A stretch of 64,000 nucleotides of DNA from an uncultured Gemmatimonadales bacterium (GCA_963730185.1 CAVSQW010000014.1:160001-224000), one strand, 5' to 3'. Shown: positions 27,544 to 37,680, counted from the first letter of the stretch. Notes: a model not told the origin generated them from the sequence alone. Made by a program: numbers and translations.

Positions 27544-28082
27544 GTGAGACGACCGTCGCGCTGAACTACGCCGAAGCGCTCCTCGAGCTCGCCCAGCAGG
27601 CGGGTGATCTCGAGGGGTACGGTCGCTACATCGACGCCACCGCCCGCGCGTACGACTCGTCGCCGGCGGTGCAGTCGGTGCTGGCGAGCCCCAAGGTGTC
27701 GAAGGCGCTCAAGGCGAAGTTGCTGGGCGGCGCCCTGGTGCAGGTCGGCGCGCCGGCCCATTTCGTCCGGTTCCTCGAGGCGGTGGTCAAGCGAGGCCGG
27801 GCGGCCTATCTCCGGCCGATCGCGGATGCCTACGAGGGGCTGGTCGACACCAGCCTCAACCGGGTGCGAGCGGCCATCACCGTGGCCCGGACGCCCGATC
27901 CGGCGCTCGAACGGGACATCGCCACCGCGCTTCAGGCGATGCTCGGCAAGGAAGTCATCGCGACCTTCGCGGTCGAGCCGAGCCTCTTGGGCGGCGCGGT
28001 GATCCGGGTGGGCGACAAGGTGTTCGACGGGTCGGTCCGGCGGAAGCTGGTCCGGCTCCGGCGGCAGCTCCTGAGCCGATAG
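27540..28082 (+). CDS. atpH: ATP synthase F1 subunit delta
   Basis: NYAEAL, LLGGAVIRVGDKVFDGSV. Confidence 0.95.
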   Translation: MSETTVALNYAEALLELAQQAGDLEGYGRYIDATARAYDSSPAVQSVLASPKVSKALKAKLLGGALVQVGAPAHFVRFLEAVVKRGRAAYLRPIADAYEGLVDTSLNRVRAAITVARTPDPALERDIATALQAMLGKEVIATFAVEPSLLGGAVIRVGDKVFDGSVRRKLVRLRRQLLSR

Positions 28083-28104
28083 TCTGGTTGGACCGGTGGT
28101 GCGC

Positions 28105-28139
28105 GAGGCTCCGAGCGGTGCTCGGGGCCTCTTGCTTTT
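28105..28139 (+). terminator. Intrinsic terminator after atpH
   Basis: GAGGCTCCGAGC-GGT-GCTCGGGGCCTC followed by TTGCTTTT. Confidence 0.75.
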
Positions 28140-28285
28140 CCGGACGGCGCGCACCTGTCGCGTCGTCACCATAGAGGGGCGGCGTCGGACGGTTGGACCT
28201 CGAATCCGTTGGTCCGATCGGCGTGCACGAGGCAACCCCATGTCGCGATTTCAGTTAGGACCGGTTTGTCCGGTCGGAGCGGCCG

Positions 28286-28300
28286 CGGCCGATTTCTTGC
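28286..28300 (+). promoter_or_regulatory. Putative sigma54 promoter
   Basis: CGGCCG-ATTTC-TTGC has the exact -24 GG/-12 GC spacing, upstream of the PEP-CTERM gene. Confidence 0.5.
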
Positions 28301-28358
28301 CTGTATTTCGGGCACCCGACGCCGTCGGGCGCAGGGTCCACTCCGAGGAACATCGCAG

Positions 28359-29153
28359 ATGCGGTCACGACGGTTGGGTTTGAGTGCCGGGTTCGTCCTG
28401 GCGCTCTCGGTCAGCCCGGCGGCGGCGTACGCCTCCGACGCGTATTGGAATCAGGTCTGCACCAACGGCGGGTGGGGCTTCAACACCTGCGCCTCGGCCT
28501 GGGTCACAGCCACCGGCAACACGATCACGATTCGGGTCTGGAACCTGGCGGGCGCGCCGGGCTCCCACACCTCCCCCGACATCGGGTTCGTCGCGGTCGG
28601 GCTCCGGAACATCGGCAGCGAGCTGGTCCTCAAGAACCTGTCGGCCAGCCGACCCGACGGGCGGTCGCTGACCGGCTGGACCCTGGCGCAGGCCGCGGGT
28701 GGCATTCCCGGGCCCTCGGACGCGAAGGGCGCCGCGGCGACGGCCGGCCTCAGCACCGGGATCTTCAGCCAGTTCGGCGAACCGCTCCTGCCCCGGCCCA
28801 AGTCGGCGACCACCGACTGGACCGGCCCGGGGCAGTTCGGCGGCGGCTTCGTGACCATTCGCTACCAGACCTTCCAGACGGTCTGCACCACCCGGCAGGA
28901 GAAGCGGGTGTGCGAGACGGTCCCGGTGGCGGTCGACCTCTCGCACGCGGTCCTGGCGCTAACCCTGCGCGACGCCCGGACCGAAGCCACGACCGGGTAC
29001 GAGTGTGCCGCGACCGGGTCGGTCGGGACGGACCTGGCCCATCCCTGCGTCCAGCTTACGACCGCGCCCGAGCCGATGACCACCACCTTGGTGGGGACCG
29101 GCCTCGTGGGGCTGGGCCTGGTCCGGTGGCGATCCCGCCGCCGGACTGCCTGA
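28359..29153 (+). CDS. PEP-CTERM sorting domain protein
   Basis: Signal peptide; C-terminal TTAPEPMT + TM helix + RWRSRRR. Confidence 0.88.
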   Translation: MRSRRLGLSAGFVLALSVSPAAAYASDAYWNQVCTNGGWGFNTCASAWVTATGNTITIRVWNLAGAPGSHTSPDIGFVAVGLRNIGSELVLKNLSASRPDGRSLTGWTLAQAAGGIPGPSDAKGAAATAGLSTGIFSQFGEPLLPRPKSATTDWTGPGQFGGGFVTIRYQTFQTVCTTRQEKRVCETVPVAVDLSHAVLALTLRDARTEATTGYECAATGSVGTDLAHPCVQLTTAPEPMTTTLVGTGLVGLGLVRWRSRRRTA

Positions 29154-29176
29154 CCTCGACGTCCCGACTGATTCCG

Positions 29177-29701
29177 ATGTCCGCTCCGGCGCGCGCCCAG
29201 CGCGTGATGGTTCCCGAGATGGTCCGTTCCGCAGCCGGTCCGTACAGCGCCCCGCTCGGGGCCTGGACCCTGCTGGGCCTGGTTGGCTGGGTGTTCCTGC
29301 TGGTGGGCGGCATGGACGTCGGGCTGGTCTGGTATCCCGCCGCCTTCGGCAACCCGGCCTGGGAGTTCGGGTCGGTCACGGCAGCGCTCAACGGTCTACC
29401 CCTTCCCCTCATGGGCCTGGCGCTGATCCTGGCGGGCGCCTCGGCCCGGGGCAACGCGGCCGCGGTGAAGGTGGCGATCGGAGCGGCGGCGCTGGCGCTG
29501 ATCGCGGTGCTCGGGGCCGGCGTGCTCTACGGCCTCACGGCGCCCATCGCCGTGCGATCGGTGTCGGAGCCGCTCGCCTCGAGCGGGCTCGGGAAGGCGA
29601 TTCTCCGATCGGCCGTGCAGCTGGTCGCGTATCCGGTGGCGCTGGTACTCCTGATTCTTCAGGGCCGGCGCCTCCTCCGCTTGGGCGACCGACCCGAATG
29701 A
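29177..29701 (+). CDS. Hypothetical 4-TM membrane protein
   Basis: Four hydrophobic helices; WYP..FGNPAWEFG motif. Confidence 0.7.
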   Translation: MSAPARAQRVMVPEMVRSAAGPYSAPLGAWTLLGLVGWVFLLVGGMDVGLVWYPAAFGNPAWEFGSVTAALNGLPLPLMGLALILAGASARGNAAAVKVAIGAAALALIAVLGAGVLYGLTAPIAVRSVSEPLASSGLGKAILRSAVQLVAYPVALVLLILQGRRLLRLGDRPE

Positions 29702-29832
29702 GGCGCCCTCTTCGGTAGAGACCCGGCGGCCGGCGCTCTAGTACCCCGCCGGGTGGCGCCCTAGTATTGGAGCGTCCGCCGGCGGCGCCGTTCGGCCGCC
29801 CGTCCGTCCGACGGTCTTCGCTCCGAGTCCCG

Positions 29833-32811
29833 ATGCCCATCCTGCTGGCCCTACTCCAGATCGCGTCCCAGCCCGCCACCCAGGCCGATCCCAACGGCGT
29901 CTACTGGCAGCAGCGGATTTCCTACGACATCTCGGCCTCGCTCGACGAGCCGTCCGGCGTCCTGGGCGGCACCCAGCACGTCCGCTACTACAACCACTCG
30001 CCCGACACCCTCACCACCTTCTCGTTCCACCTCTACCTCAACGCCTTTCGGCCGGGCTCCCGCTGGGCCGACGAGGACAGCATCGAGCACAACCGCCGGT
30101 TCAACGACCTCAAGGACCCCGATTTCGGCTTCAACCACGTCCGGAACGTCCGGATCATGGGCCAGCCGGTGGAGCCGGTCTATCCCTTCGCGCCGGACAG
30201 CACCATCGTCCGCTTCCGGCTTCCGCACCCGCTTCTTCCGGGCGACTCGCTCGATGCCGACCTGGAGTGGGACGCCCGGCCCTCGACCGTGCCGCGGCGG
30301 CAGGGCCGGCAGGGAAGGGCGTTCGACTTTGCCCAGTGGTATCCGCGGGTGGTGGCCTACGACACCTACGGGTGGGAGGAACATCCGCTCTACCCCGCGG
30401 GTGAGTTCTACGGCGACTTCGGCGAGTTCACGGTCCGTCTGGACGTGCCGGAGGACCAGGTGGTCGGCGCCACCGGCGTCGCGGTCTGCGGCGACCCGGG
30501 ATGGGAGAGCGCCAACCGGACGGCCGAGCCGGTGGACTACCAGCGGCGCTGGTACCCGGCCTTCGCCGACGCGCTGCCCGACTCGGCCTGTGCGCCGAAG
30601 GCGCCGGGCCGGAAGACCATCGTGTGGCGGGCCGAGGACGTCCATCACTTCGCGATGTCGATGCGGCCGGACTACCGGTACGAGGGCTGGCACTGGGGCC
30701 CCGTCGCCATCCACGTCCTCTACCAGCCGGGCGACGAGGACACCTGGGGCCGCGGGATCGCGGTGCGCCGGACGGCGGTCGCGCTCGAATGGCTGGATGG
30801 GCTGTTCGGGAAATTCCCCTGGCCGCAGATCACCAACGTGCACCGGATCGAGGGCGGCGGGACCGAGTTCCCGATGATGATCCACGACGGCTCGGCCAGC
30901 CAGGGGCTGATCCTCCACGAGCTGGGCCACAACTACCTGATGGGCGTCCTGGCCAGCAACGAGTGGAAAGAGGGCTTCCTCGACGAAGGCTTCACCAGCT
31001 TCCAGACCACCTGGTTCGTCGAGGCGCACGGCGTCCGGGGCTCCTACCAGAACACCGAGCGCGAGATCCTGAGTTTCGACCTCGACGGCCTGTCGCAGCC
31101 GACCAGTCTGGTGAGCGAGGACTACCGCGACTTCCTCACCTACAACGTGATGATCTACACCCGGGGCGAGCTCTTCTACCACCAGCTCCGGGAGATCGTG
31201 GGCGAAGAGGCGATGCGGAAGATCCTCCGGACCTACTACGACCGCTGGAAGCTCAAGCACGTCAACGAGACGCGTTTCAAGGAGGTGGCGGAGGAGGTGT
31301 CGGGGAAGGACCTGACGACGTTCTTCGCGCAGTGGTTGCATTCGACGGAGCTGTACGACTATGCGGTCGGGAGGGTCAAGGTGAGGAGGGAGGGACGGGG
31401 AGAGGACGGCGGGTGGGTGACGCGGGTCGAGGTGAAGCGGAAGGCGCCGGGGATGTTTCCGGTCGACGTGGTGGTCCGATCCAAGGAGGACTCGGCGGTG
31501 GCTCGGGCGGATGGACTGGCGGAGACCGAATGGGTGACGGTCAGGACTCGCGGAAAGCCCAAAGCGGTGGTGATCGACCCGCGGGTCCGGGCTCACGACT
31601 GGAACATGCTCAACAATACCAAGCGGAAGAACTGGCTTGGCATCTGGGATACGGGGCCCGGCGCCGACTGGTACCTCGATCCCGTCTTCAGCACCCGCAC
31701 GCACCGCGACCGGGTCGCCCGGGGAGTGCTGCCGACGGTCTGGTACAACGGCGAGGGCGGAGTGATGGTCGGGGCCCGGGTCCGCTCGAACTACCTGGGC
31801 CGGTTCAACCAGGAGGTAGCGGAGTACAGCTTGGCCACCCGGCACTGCTGTAAGTCCGGCGAGCGGTTCGACAACTGGTACGTTCGGCTGGCGAACCCGA
31901 CCTGGCTCCGGGCCCCGCGAACGACGGTGGGCGTCGACGCCTTCCATCTCGAGGGTCGGGAGGGGGCGAGCCTCTTCGTGGATCACCAGACCCGGGGCCA
32001 CCTGGCCTTCGGTCCCACCACCTCCCTGGGCGCCTCGCTCCGCTGGGTGGCGACCTACGACACCAGCTACGTGATCCAGGCCCAGTACGCCGACGCCGGG
32101 ACGATCGAGGGCGAGGCGCACGTGAGCTCGTCGGAGCAGCGGGGGCCCTGGCTGGTGAGCGGGCACCTTTCGCTGGGCGGCGGGGTGGAGTACCGGAACC
32201 AGGGGGCTGGGGTCGACACCCGCGATCGTTACGATGCCCAGCCCTACTTCCGGGGCTACCTCGAGGCCACCGCCAAGCGGAATCTGGATGCCCGGTCTAC
32301 CCTCGGCCTCCGGGTGTTCGGCGGCTGGGTGAGCGCCAAGCGCGACCCGGCGCCGCAGCGCTGGTTCTCAGCCGCAGGCGCCGACCCATACGAGCAGCTC
32401 CGGAATCCGTTCATCCGCTCGCGCGACGCGCTCTTCACCAACGACCTCCACTTCCACGCTCCCGGCGGCGGCGACGTGCGGGGCCTGGATCCCTCCTTGC
32501 TGGTGACCGCGATCGCCGCGGCCAACGCCGAAGTGGACCGGTCGATCCTCCAGCGGCCGGGCGCGAAGATCGCGCGGGACGTCCGGGTGGCCCTGTTCGG
32601 CGACGTGGCGATGACGGATGGGTTCTTCACCCTCTCGGGCCAGAACAACTGGGTGGGCGACGCGGGGGTGGGACTCCGGCTCGCGCACCGGATCGGACAG
32701 ACGTCGTTCGTGACCAGCGTGGATTTCCCGGTCTTCGTGAGTCACCCGGATCGGGCGGTGGGAGGGAATGGGGGGCGGTTCCGGTTCAGGTGGACGTTTG
32801 GGGTGGAGTAG
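29833..32811 (+). CDS. M1 family aminopeptidase with C-terminal barrel-like domain
   Basis: GGTEFP, HELGH-x18-E zinc motif, YTRG; about 400-aa beta-rich C-terminus. Confidence 0.9.
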   Translation: MPILLALLQIASQPATQADPNGVYWQQRISYDISASLDEPSGVLGGTQHVRYYNHSPDTLTTFSFHLYLNAFRPGSRWADEDSIEHNRRFNDLKDPDFGFNHVRNVRIMGQPVEPVYPFAPDSTIVRFRLPHPLLPGDSLDADLEWDARPSTVPRRQGRQGRAFDFAQWYPRVVAYDTYGWEEHPLYPAGEFYGDFGEFTVRLDVPEDQVVGATGVAVCGDPGWESANRTAEPVDYQRRWYPAFADALPDSACAPKAPGRKTIVWRAEDVHHFAMSMRPDYRYEGWHWGPVAIHVLYQPGDEDTWGRGIAVRRTAVALEWLDGLFGKFPWPQITNVHRIEGGGTEFPMMIHDGSASQGLILHELGHNYLMGVLASNEWKEGFLDEGFTSFQTTWFVEAHGVRGSYQNTEREILSFDLDGLSQPTSLVSEDYRDFLTYNVMIYTRGELFYHQLREIVGEEAMRKILRTYYDRWKLKHVNETRFKEVAEEVSGKDLTTFFAQWLHSTELYDYAVGRVKVRREGRGEDGGWVTRVEVKRKAPGMFPVDVVVRSKEDSAVARADGLAETEWVTVRTRGKPKAVVIDPRVRAHDWNMLNNTKRKNWLGIWDTGPGADWYLDPVFSTRTHRDRVARGVLPTVWYNGEGGVMVGARVRSNYLGRFNQEVAEYSLATRHCCKSGERFDNWYVRLANPTWLRAPRTTVGVDAFHLEGREGASLFVDHQTRGHLAFGPTTSLGASLRWVATYDTSYVIQAQYADAGTIEGEAHVSSSEQRGPWLVSGHLSLGGGVEYRNQGAGVDTRDRYDAQPYFRGYLEATAKRNLDARSTLGLRVFGGWVSAKRDPAPQRWFSAAGADPYEQLRNPFIRSRDALFTNDLHFHAPGGGDVRGLDPSLLVTAIAAANAEVDRSILQRPGAKIARDVRVALFGDVAMTDGFFTLSGQNNWVGDAGVGLRLAHRIGQTSFVTSVDFPVFVSHPDRAVGGNGGRFRFRWTFGVE

Positions 32812-32956
32812 GAGGGACGGGGTGGGATGGGGTGGGATGGGGTGGGGCGGGGAGAGTGGGGGGCCCCCCCATCCCTCCCCATCTCTCCCCATCCCTCCCC
32901 GTCTCCCCCCATCTCTCCCCATCCCTCCCCGTCTCCCCCCATCTCCCTCCGTCTCC
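32812..32956. repeat. G-tract/C-tract decamer tandem repeat element
   Basis: GGTGGGATGG units followed by about 8 units of ATCYCTCCCC/GTCTCCCCCC between convergent genes. Confidence 0.88.
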
Positions 32957-32967
32957 TCGTCGACGCC

Positions 32968-33930
32968 CTACCGGCGGCCGGGGGCCGCCGGCAGGGCGTC
33001 GACGAACTCCGCCATCCTCTTCCGTGTCGCCTGGTCCGGCACCCGCCCGATCCCGCCGCCGATGTCGTCGATCATGTGCTCGGCGTTGCTGGTTGCCGGG
33101 GTGACCGCCGTGACGGCCGGGTGGCCCACCACGTACTTGATGAAGAACTGAGCCCAGGTGTGGGCGTCGAAGTCGTGGCCCCAGGCCGGGACGTCCTTGC
33201 CCGACACCCGCTGCCAGAGACGGGTCCGGCCGAAGGGGAGATAGACCAGCACGCCGATCTTCCGCTCGATCGCGAGCGGCAGGATCGTGGTCTCCACGTC
33301 GCGATTGTCCACCGCATAGTCGATCCCGATGAAATCGAGCGGCTCGTTGCGCATCACCTGCTCCAGCTCGCCGTACTGGCGGTTGCTGGTGGTGGTGACG
33401 CCGAGGTAGCGGATCCGGCCCTGCTTCTTGAGATCCTTGAGGATGCCCAGCTGGGTGGGAACGTCGGCCAGGTTATGGACCTGGATCAGATCGATCGTGT
33501 CGACCTGGAACTTCTTGAACGAATCGTCGATCTGGGCCCGCGCGGCGGCGGGATCGGCGGTCCCGCCGCCCCGGCCGGCGACGTTCACCTTGGTGGCCCA
33601 GAAGATCTTGCTCGTGACGCCGAGCTCGTGGGCCAGGTCGCCGGCGACCTGCTCGGAGGCGCCGTAGCTCGGAGCGGTGTCGAACACCTTGGCGCCCCGG
33701 TCCACCATCGCCCTGACGACCTCCCGGAGTGCGTCCAGCTCTTCCCGCCGGGCCATCTGCGAGAAGGTGGCTGCGCTGCCCAGCCCGACGACCGGCACCT
33801 TCTCGCCGGATGAGGGGATGGCTCGCTGGATGAGCTGACCTTGGCGGAGGGCCCGAAGCAGGCGCGGGTCGAGGGCCAGGGCGCCCGTGGCGCCGAGGGT
33901 GATTCCGATCCACTCGCGTCGGCTGAACAT
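32968..33930 (-). CDS. Aldo/keto reductase with Tat-like signal
   Basis: FDTAPSYG, ATK, IDLIQVHN; N-terminal SRREW. Confidence 0.92.
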   Translation of the reverse strand: MFSRREWIGITLGATGALALDPRLLRALRQGQLIQRAIPSSGEKVPVVGLGSAATFSQMARREELDALREVVRAMVDRGAKVFDTAPSYGASEQVAGDLAHELGVTSKIFWATKVNVAGRGGGTADPAAARAQIDDSFKKFQVDTIDLIQVHNLADVPTQLGILKDLKKQGRIRYLGVTTTSNRQYGELEQVMRNEPLDFIGIDYAVDNRDVETTILPLAIERKIGVLVYLPFGRTRLWQRVSGKDVPAWGHDFDAHTWAQFFIKYVVGHPAVTAVTPATSNAEHMIDDIGGGIGRVPDQATRKRMAEFVDALPAAPGRR

Positions 33931-34053
33931 GGGTCGTCTCCCGGGTGGTGGTTGTCTCCCTGGTACGAAGCTAGGGCCCGGGGCGTTGAGTCGCGAGCCG
34001 TCTCGACCCGGCTATCTTTGGCAAGCGATCCTATCTCACAAACGGAGCGGGTC

Positions 34054-36216
34054 ATGCGTCTTTCCCGGTTCATGCTGGTGCCGGCCTCGTTGTGGCTGGC
34101 CGCGTCTCCCGTCGCGGCCCAGGGCCGGGCCTTCACCCCTCAGGACTGGTACCGAATGACGACCCTGTCCGCCCCGGCGGTCTCGCCGGACGGCAAATGG
34201 GTGGCGTTCACGGTGATGACGGTGCGGGAGAAAGAGAACAAACGGCACGATGAGGTCTGGATGGTGTCGACCCAAGGAGGCGACCCGATCCGGATGACGA
34301 GCCCGAGCCTGGAGAGCTCGAGCCCCCGGTGGTCACCGGATGGGCGGCTGCTGCTCTTCTCCTCGAGCCGGCCCGAGAGCAAGGCCCGCACCTGGGGCCT
34401 CCGGATGGACGTGCCCGCGGGCGAAGCCTTCGAGGTCGATAGTCTCCCCGACGGCGACTACACCGCCGACGGGCGGATGGTGGCCTATGCCGACACGGCG
34501 GCCGGTCCCAAGCGTGAGGGCGAGAAGCCGGGTGACGCCTACGCCAAGATGCCCCCGATGGCTCGGCCGCCCTTCGGCGCGATCACCCGGCCGATCGACC
34601 CGGCCCGCTTCGACGGCCGGCACCTGACCGAGATGCGCTACAAGGCCAACGGGCGGGGCTTCTTGCCCGGACCGCGCGAGGCGCACCGGTATCAGGCCCG
34701 CCAGATCTGGCTCCGGAAGGTGGACGGGTCCAAGCGCCAGCTGACCAATACCGAGTATTCACACAATGGGCCGTCGATCTCACCCGACGGCAAGTGGGTG
34801 CTGTTCTCGGCGGACCACGAGCTCCGGCCCGACTCCGTGGTGGAGGCCGAGCGGGACTCGCTGGCCCAGTTGCCTTACGACGCCAAGCGGGACGAGGCAC
34901 CTCGGAACGACACCTACCTCTACGTGGTGTCGGCCGACGGCGGCGCGCCCCGGAAGCTGGCGCCGATCAGCGGGTTCGGCCGCGGGGCGAGCTGGTCGCC
35001 CGATGGGAAGCGGGTCGCCTGGGTGGCGTCGGCGAACCGCACCGAGCCGGTCCGGATCTGGACCGTTCCGGTCGAGGGTGGCCAGCCGGTCAACCTGCTG
35101 GGCGACTGGACCTACGAGCCTCGCTGGTTCGAGTGGCGGCCCGACGGGACGATCCTCTTCCAGGCGGCGGTCGGCGGGCGCGACGCGATCTTCGCGCTCG
35201 ATCCGGCCACGAAGAAGGTGAACGACGTGGTGAGCGGCCGGCGGCGGCTGGCCGGCGTCGACGTGGATCCGGCGGCCAAGGTGCTGGCCTACGTCTCGAC
35301 CACCGTCACCCAGCCGACCGAGCTCTTCCTGGCGGGCGTCGACGGCACCGGCGAGCACATGGTGACCCGGTTCAACGACAAGGTCAACCAAGAGATCTCC
35401 TGGCCGGACGCGGAGCGGTTCACTTACCAGAGCGTCGGCGGGTTTGAGATCGAGGGCTGGCTGATGAAGCCCTACGGCTACGAGCCGGGGAAGAAGTACC
35501 CCTTGGTGTTCTACATCCACGGCGGTCCGCACAGCGCCTACGGCGAAGGCTGGTTCGACGAGTTCGCGAGCATCGCCGGGGCCGGGATGTGGGTGCTCTA
35601 CACCAATCCCCGGGGCTCGAGCGGTTATGGCGCCAAGTACACCTACTCGACCCGGGGGCGCTGGGGCCTGGAGGACTATCAGGACCTGATGATGGCGGTG
35701 GACATCGCCGCCAAGCGACCCGACGTCGACTCCACCAAGATGGGCGTGACCGGCGGCTCGTACGGCGGGTTCATGACGGCGTGGGTGACCACCCGGACCA
35801 CCCGGTTCAAGGCGGCCGAGACCGACCGGATGATCAGCAACTGGTGGTCGTGGTATGGGGCGTCCGACGCGCAGGGGCTGACCGAATTCGAGTTCTACGG
35901 CAAGCCCTGGGAGAATCCCAAGCTCTACGACCAGTACTCACCGATCCGCTACGTCGACAAGGTCGCGACGCCGACCCTGATGGTGCAATCGGAGGAGGAC
36001 TTCCGGACCCCGATGCCGGAGGCGGAGCAGTGGTACATGGCGCTCCAGAAGCGGGGGATCCCGGTGGAGCTGGTGCGCTATCCCCGGTCCAACCACGACC
36101 TGAGCCGGACCGGCGAGCCCTGGCTTCTGGTGGACCGGCTGGGCCGCCTCCGGCAGTGGTTCGGCTATTGGCTCAAGGGGGAGGGTGTGGGCGCGGGGAA
36201 GATGGCGGGACAGTAG
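34054..36216 (+). CDS. S9 family peptidase
   Basis: Beta-propeller repeats (WSPDG), IHGGP, GGSYGG, catalytic D and H. Confidence 0.95.
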   Translation: MRLSRFMLVPASLWLAASPVAAQGRAFTPQDWYRMTTLSAPAVSPDGKWVAFTVMTVREKENKRHDEVWMVSTQGGDPIRMTSPSLESSSPRWSPDGRLLLFSSSRPESKARTWGLRMDVPAGEAFEVDSLPDGDYTADGRMVAYADTAAGPKREGEKPGDAYAKMPPMARPPFGAITRPIDPARFDGRHLTEMRYKANGRGFLPGPREAHRYQARQIWLRKVDGSKRQLTNTEYSHNGPSISPDGKWVLFSADHELRPDSVVEAERDSLAQLPYDAKRDEAPRNDTYLYVVSADGGAPRKLAPISGFGRGASWSPDGKRVAWVASANRTEPVRIWTVPVEGGQPVNLLGDWTYEPRWFEWRPDGTILFQAAVGGRDAIFALDPATKKVNDVVSGRRRLAGVDVDPAAKVLAYVSTTVTQPTELFLAGVDGTGEHMVTRFNDKVNQEISWPDAERFTYQSVGGFEIEGWLMKPYGYEPGKKYPLVFYIHGGPHSAYGEGWFDEFASIAGAGMWVLYTNPRGSSGYGAKYTYSTRGRWGLEDYQDLMMAVDIAAKRPDVDSTKMGVTGGSYGGFMTAWVTTRTTRFKAAETDRMISNWWSWYGASDAQGLTEFEFYGKPWENPKLYDQYSPIRYVDKVATPTLMVQSEEDFRTPMPEAEQWYMALQKRGIPVELVRYPRSNHDLSRTGEPWLLVDRLGRLRQWFGYWLKGEGVGAGKMAGQ

Positions 36217-36298
36217 GAGGGGGACGGGAGGGGAGGGGTGGGATGGGGAGGGACGGAAGGCTGACCCTACCCATCCTGCCCCATCTTTTCCCACTCCT
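36217..36298. repeat. G-tract/C-tract decamer element (short)
   Basis: GGGGTGGGATGGGGAGGGAC followed by CCCATC units between convergent genes. Confidence 0.75.
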
Positions 36299-37594
36299 TC
36301 AGCCCAGCGCCTCCAGCACCCGCTCCACGTCGGCCAGGTCGTTGTACACCGAGGGCGAGAAGCGAACGTAGGTGTCGGCGGCGCGGGCGTCGATCCCGGC
36401 CCGTTGGAGCTTCCGGGCGACGGTTGCGCCGTCCTTCGTCGCGAAAGTGATCAAGGGCGACGCGGTGCCCGGCGGGGTGACGCACCGGAACCCCAACCTC
36501 GGCAGCTCGTTCCGGAGCCGGTTCAGGAGCGGTTGCCGGTGGGCCTCGATCCGGTCGGGGCCCAGCCCGCGGAGATAGGGGATCGAGGCGCCGAGGGCGG
36601 CTCGGGATGCTCCCGCCACGCTCCCGACCTCGAAACGGGCGCTGGCGCCGGATCCCCACTCCCAGGTGAAGGGCGTCGGACCGGGCTCGTCATAGGGCAG
36701 GAAGTGGGTCGCGTAGCTCGCGGCCGAGTGGTAGCCCGCCTGCGGCCGCCGGATCACCCGGTCGAGCAGCTCCTCGCGGACGTACAGGAATCCCAGTCCC
36801 AGGTCACCCATCAGCCACTTGAAGCCGGCGGCGGCGCAGAAGTCGACCCCGGTGGCTTTGACGTCGAACGGCATTGCGCCGACGCCCTGGATCACGTCGG
36901 CGTAGAGGTAGGCGCCGTGGGCGTGGGCCAGGTCGGAGATGCGCTTCAGGTCCGGCGCGAAGCCGTTGTACATCGCCACCGAGGAGACCTCGATCAGCCG
37001 AGTGTTCTGGTCGACCAGCCGTTCCAGGTCCTCGAAATGGATCGCGACGTCCTCTCTCGGCATCGCGATCCTGAGGTCGAGCCCGGCCTCGCGCTGGAGC
37101 CCCTGGAGGTGGACGATCGCGCCCTCGAAGTGGAGCGCGTCGGTGACGACGTTCCCGCCGGACGCCGGAATGCCGAGCCCCTCGACGACCAGCACCTCGC
37201 CGGTGCTGGTGTTGGGGATGAAGCTGATCTCGGAGGGCTTGGCATTGATGAGGGCGGCGTATTCCGCCTTGACCGTCGCGCTGAAGTTCGGGTCGGGGTT
37301 GGAGTCGGCGTGGAGCTCGGTTCGGGCGACGAGATAGTCGCGGACCGCGTCGCGCGCCACCAGCGGCATTGGGTGGGTGTAGGCCCCGTTCAGGTAGGTG
37401 ATGCCGGGCCGCATCGCGAAGTCGGCCTTGCGGGGGAACTCGAGCGGATCTGCGCTCGTCCGGCCCGGCCCCACCGCTGCGACCGAGGCCGGCCGCGCCT
37501 CCACCACCCCCGGCGCAAGCACCGAAGCCGCCGCGACCGCGCCGGCTCGGACCAGGAAGTCGCGCCGCGTCGAATCTCCCGGGCGCTCGGGCAT
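36299..37594 (-). CDS. Aminotransferase class V / cysteine desulfurase-like PLP enzyme, Tat signal
   Basis: TRRDFL; YLNGA, DVIQGVG, GFKWLMG (PLP Lys), RFSPSVYN. Confidence 0.9.
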   Translation of the reverse strand: MPERPGDSTRRDFLVRAGAVAAASVLAPGVVEARPASVAAVGPGRTSADPLEFPRKADFAMRPGITYLNGAYTHPMPLVARDAVRDYLVARTELHADSNPDPNFSATVKAEYAALINAKPSEISFIPNTSTGEVLVVEGLGIPASGGNVVTDALHFEGAIVHLQGLQREAGLDLRIAMPREDVAIHFEDLERLVDQNTRLIEVSSVAMYNGFAPDLKRISDLAHAHGAYLYADVIQGVGAMPFDVKATGVDFCAAAGFKWLMGDLGLGFLYVREELLDRVIRRPQAGYHSAASYATHFLPYDEPGPTPFTWEWGSGASARFEVGSVAGASRAALGASIPYLRGLGPDRIEAHRQPLLNRLRNELPRLGFRCVTPPGTASPLITFATKDGATVARKLQRAGIDARAADTYVRFSPSVYNDLADVERVLEALG

Positions 37595-37680
37595 GGCTCC
37601 TCCTCGGGACGTTTGGTCACGGCCGTGGTCCGGCATCGGAAGGTGACGAGTCGCTTGGGCACGGTCAACGCCCGCCCGCG

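Noticed and set aside
29732..29766. Direct repeat GGCGCYCTAGTA upstream of the M1 gene
   Set aside because: Only two imperfect copies and no candidate regulator; insufficient support.
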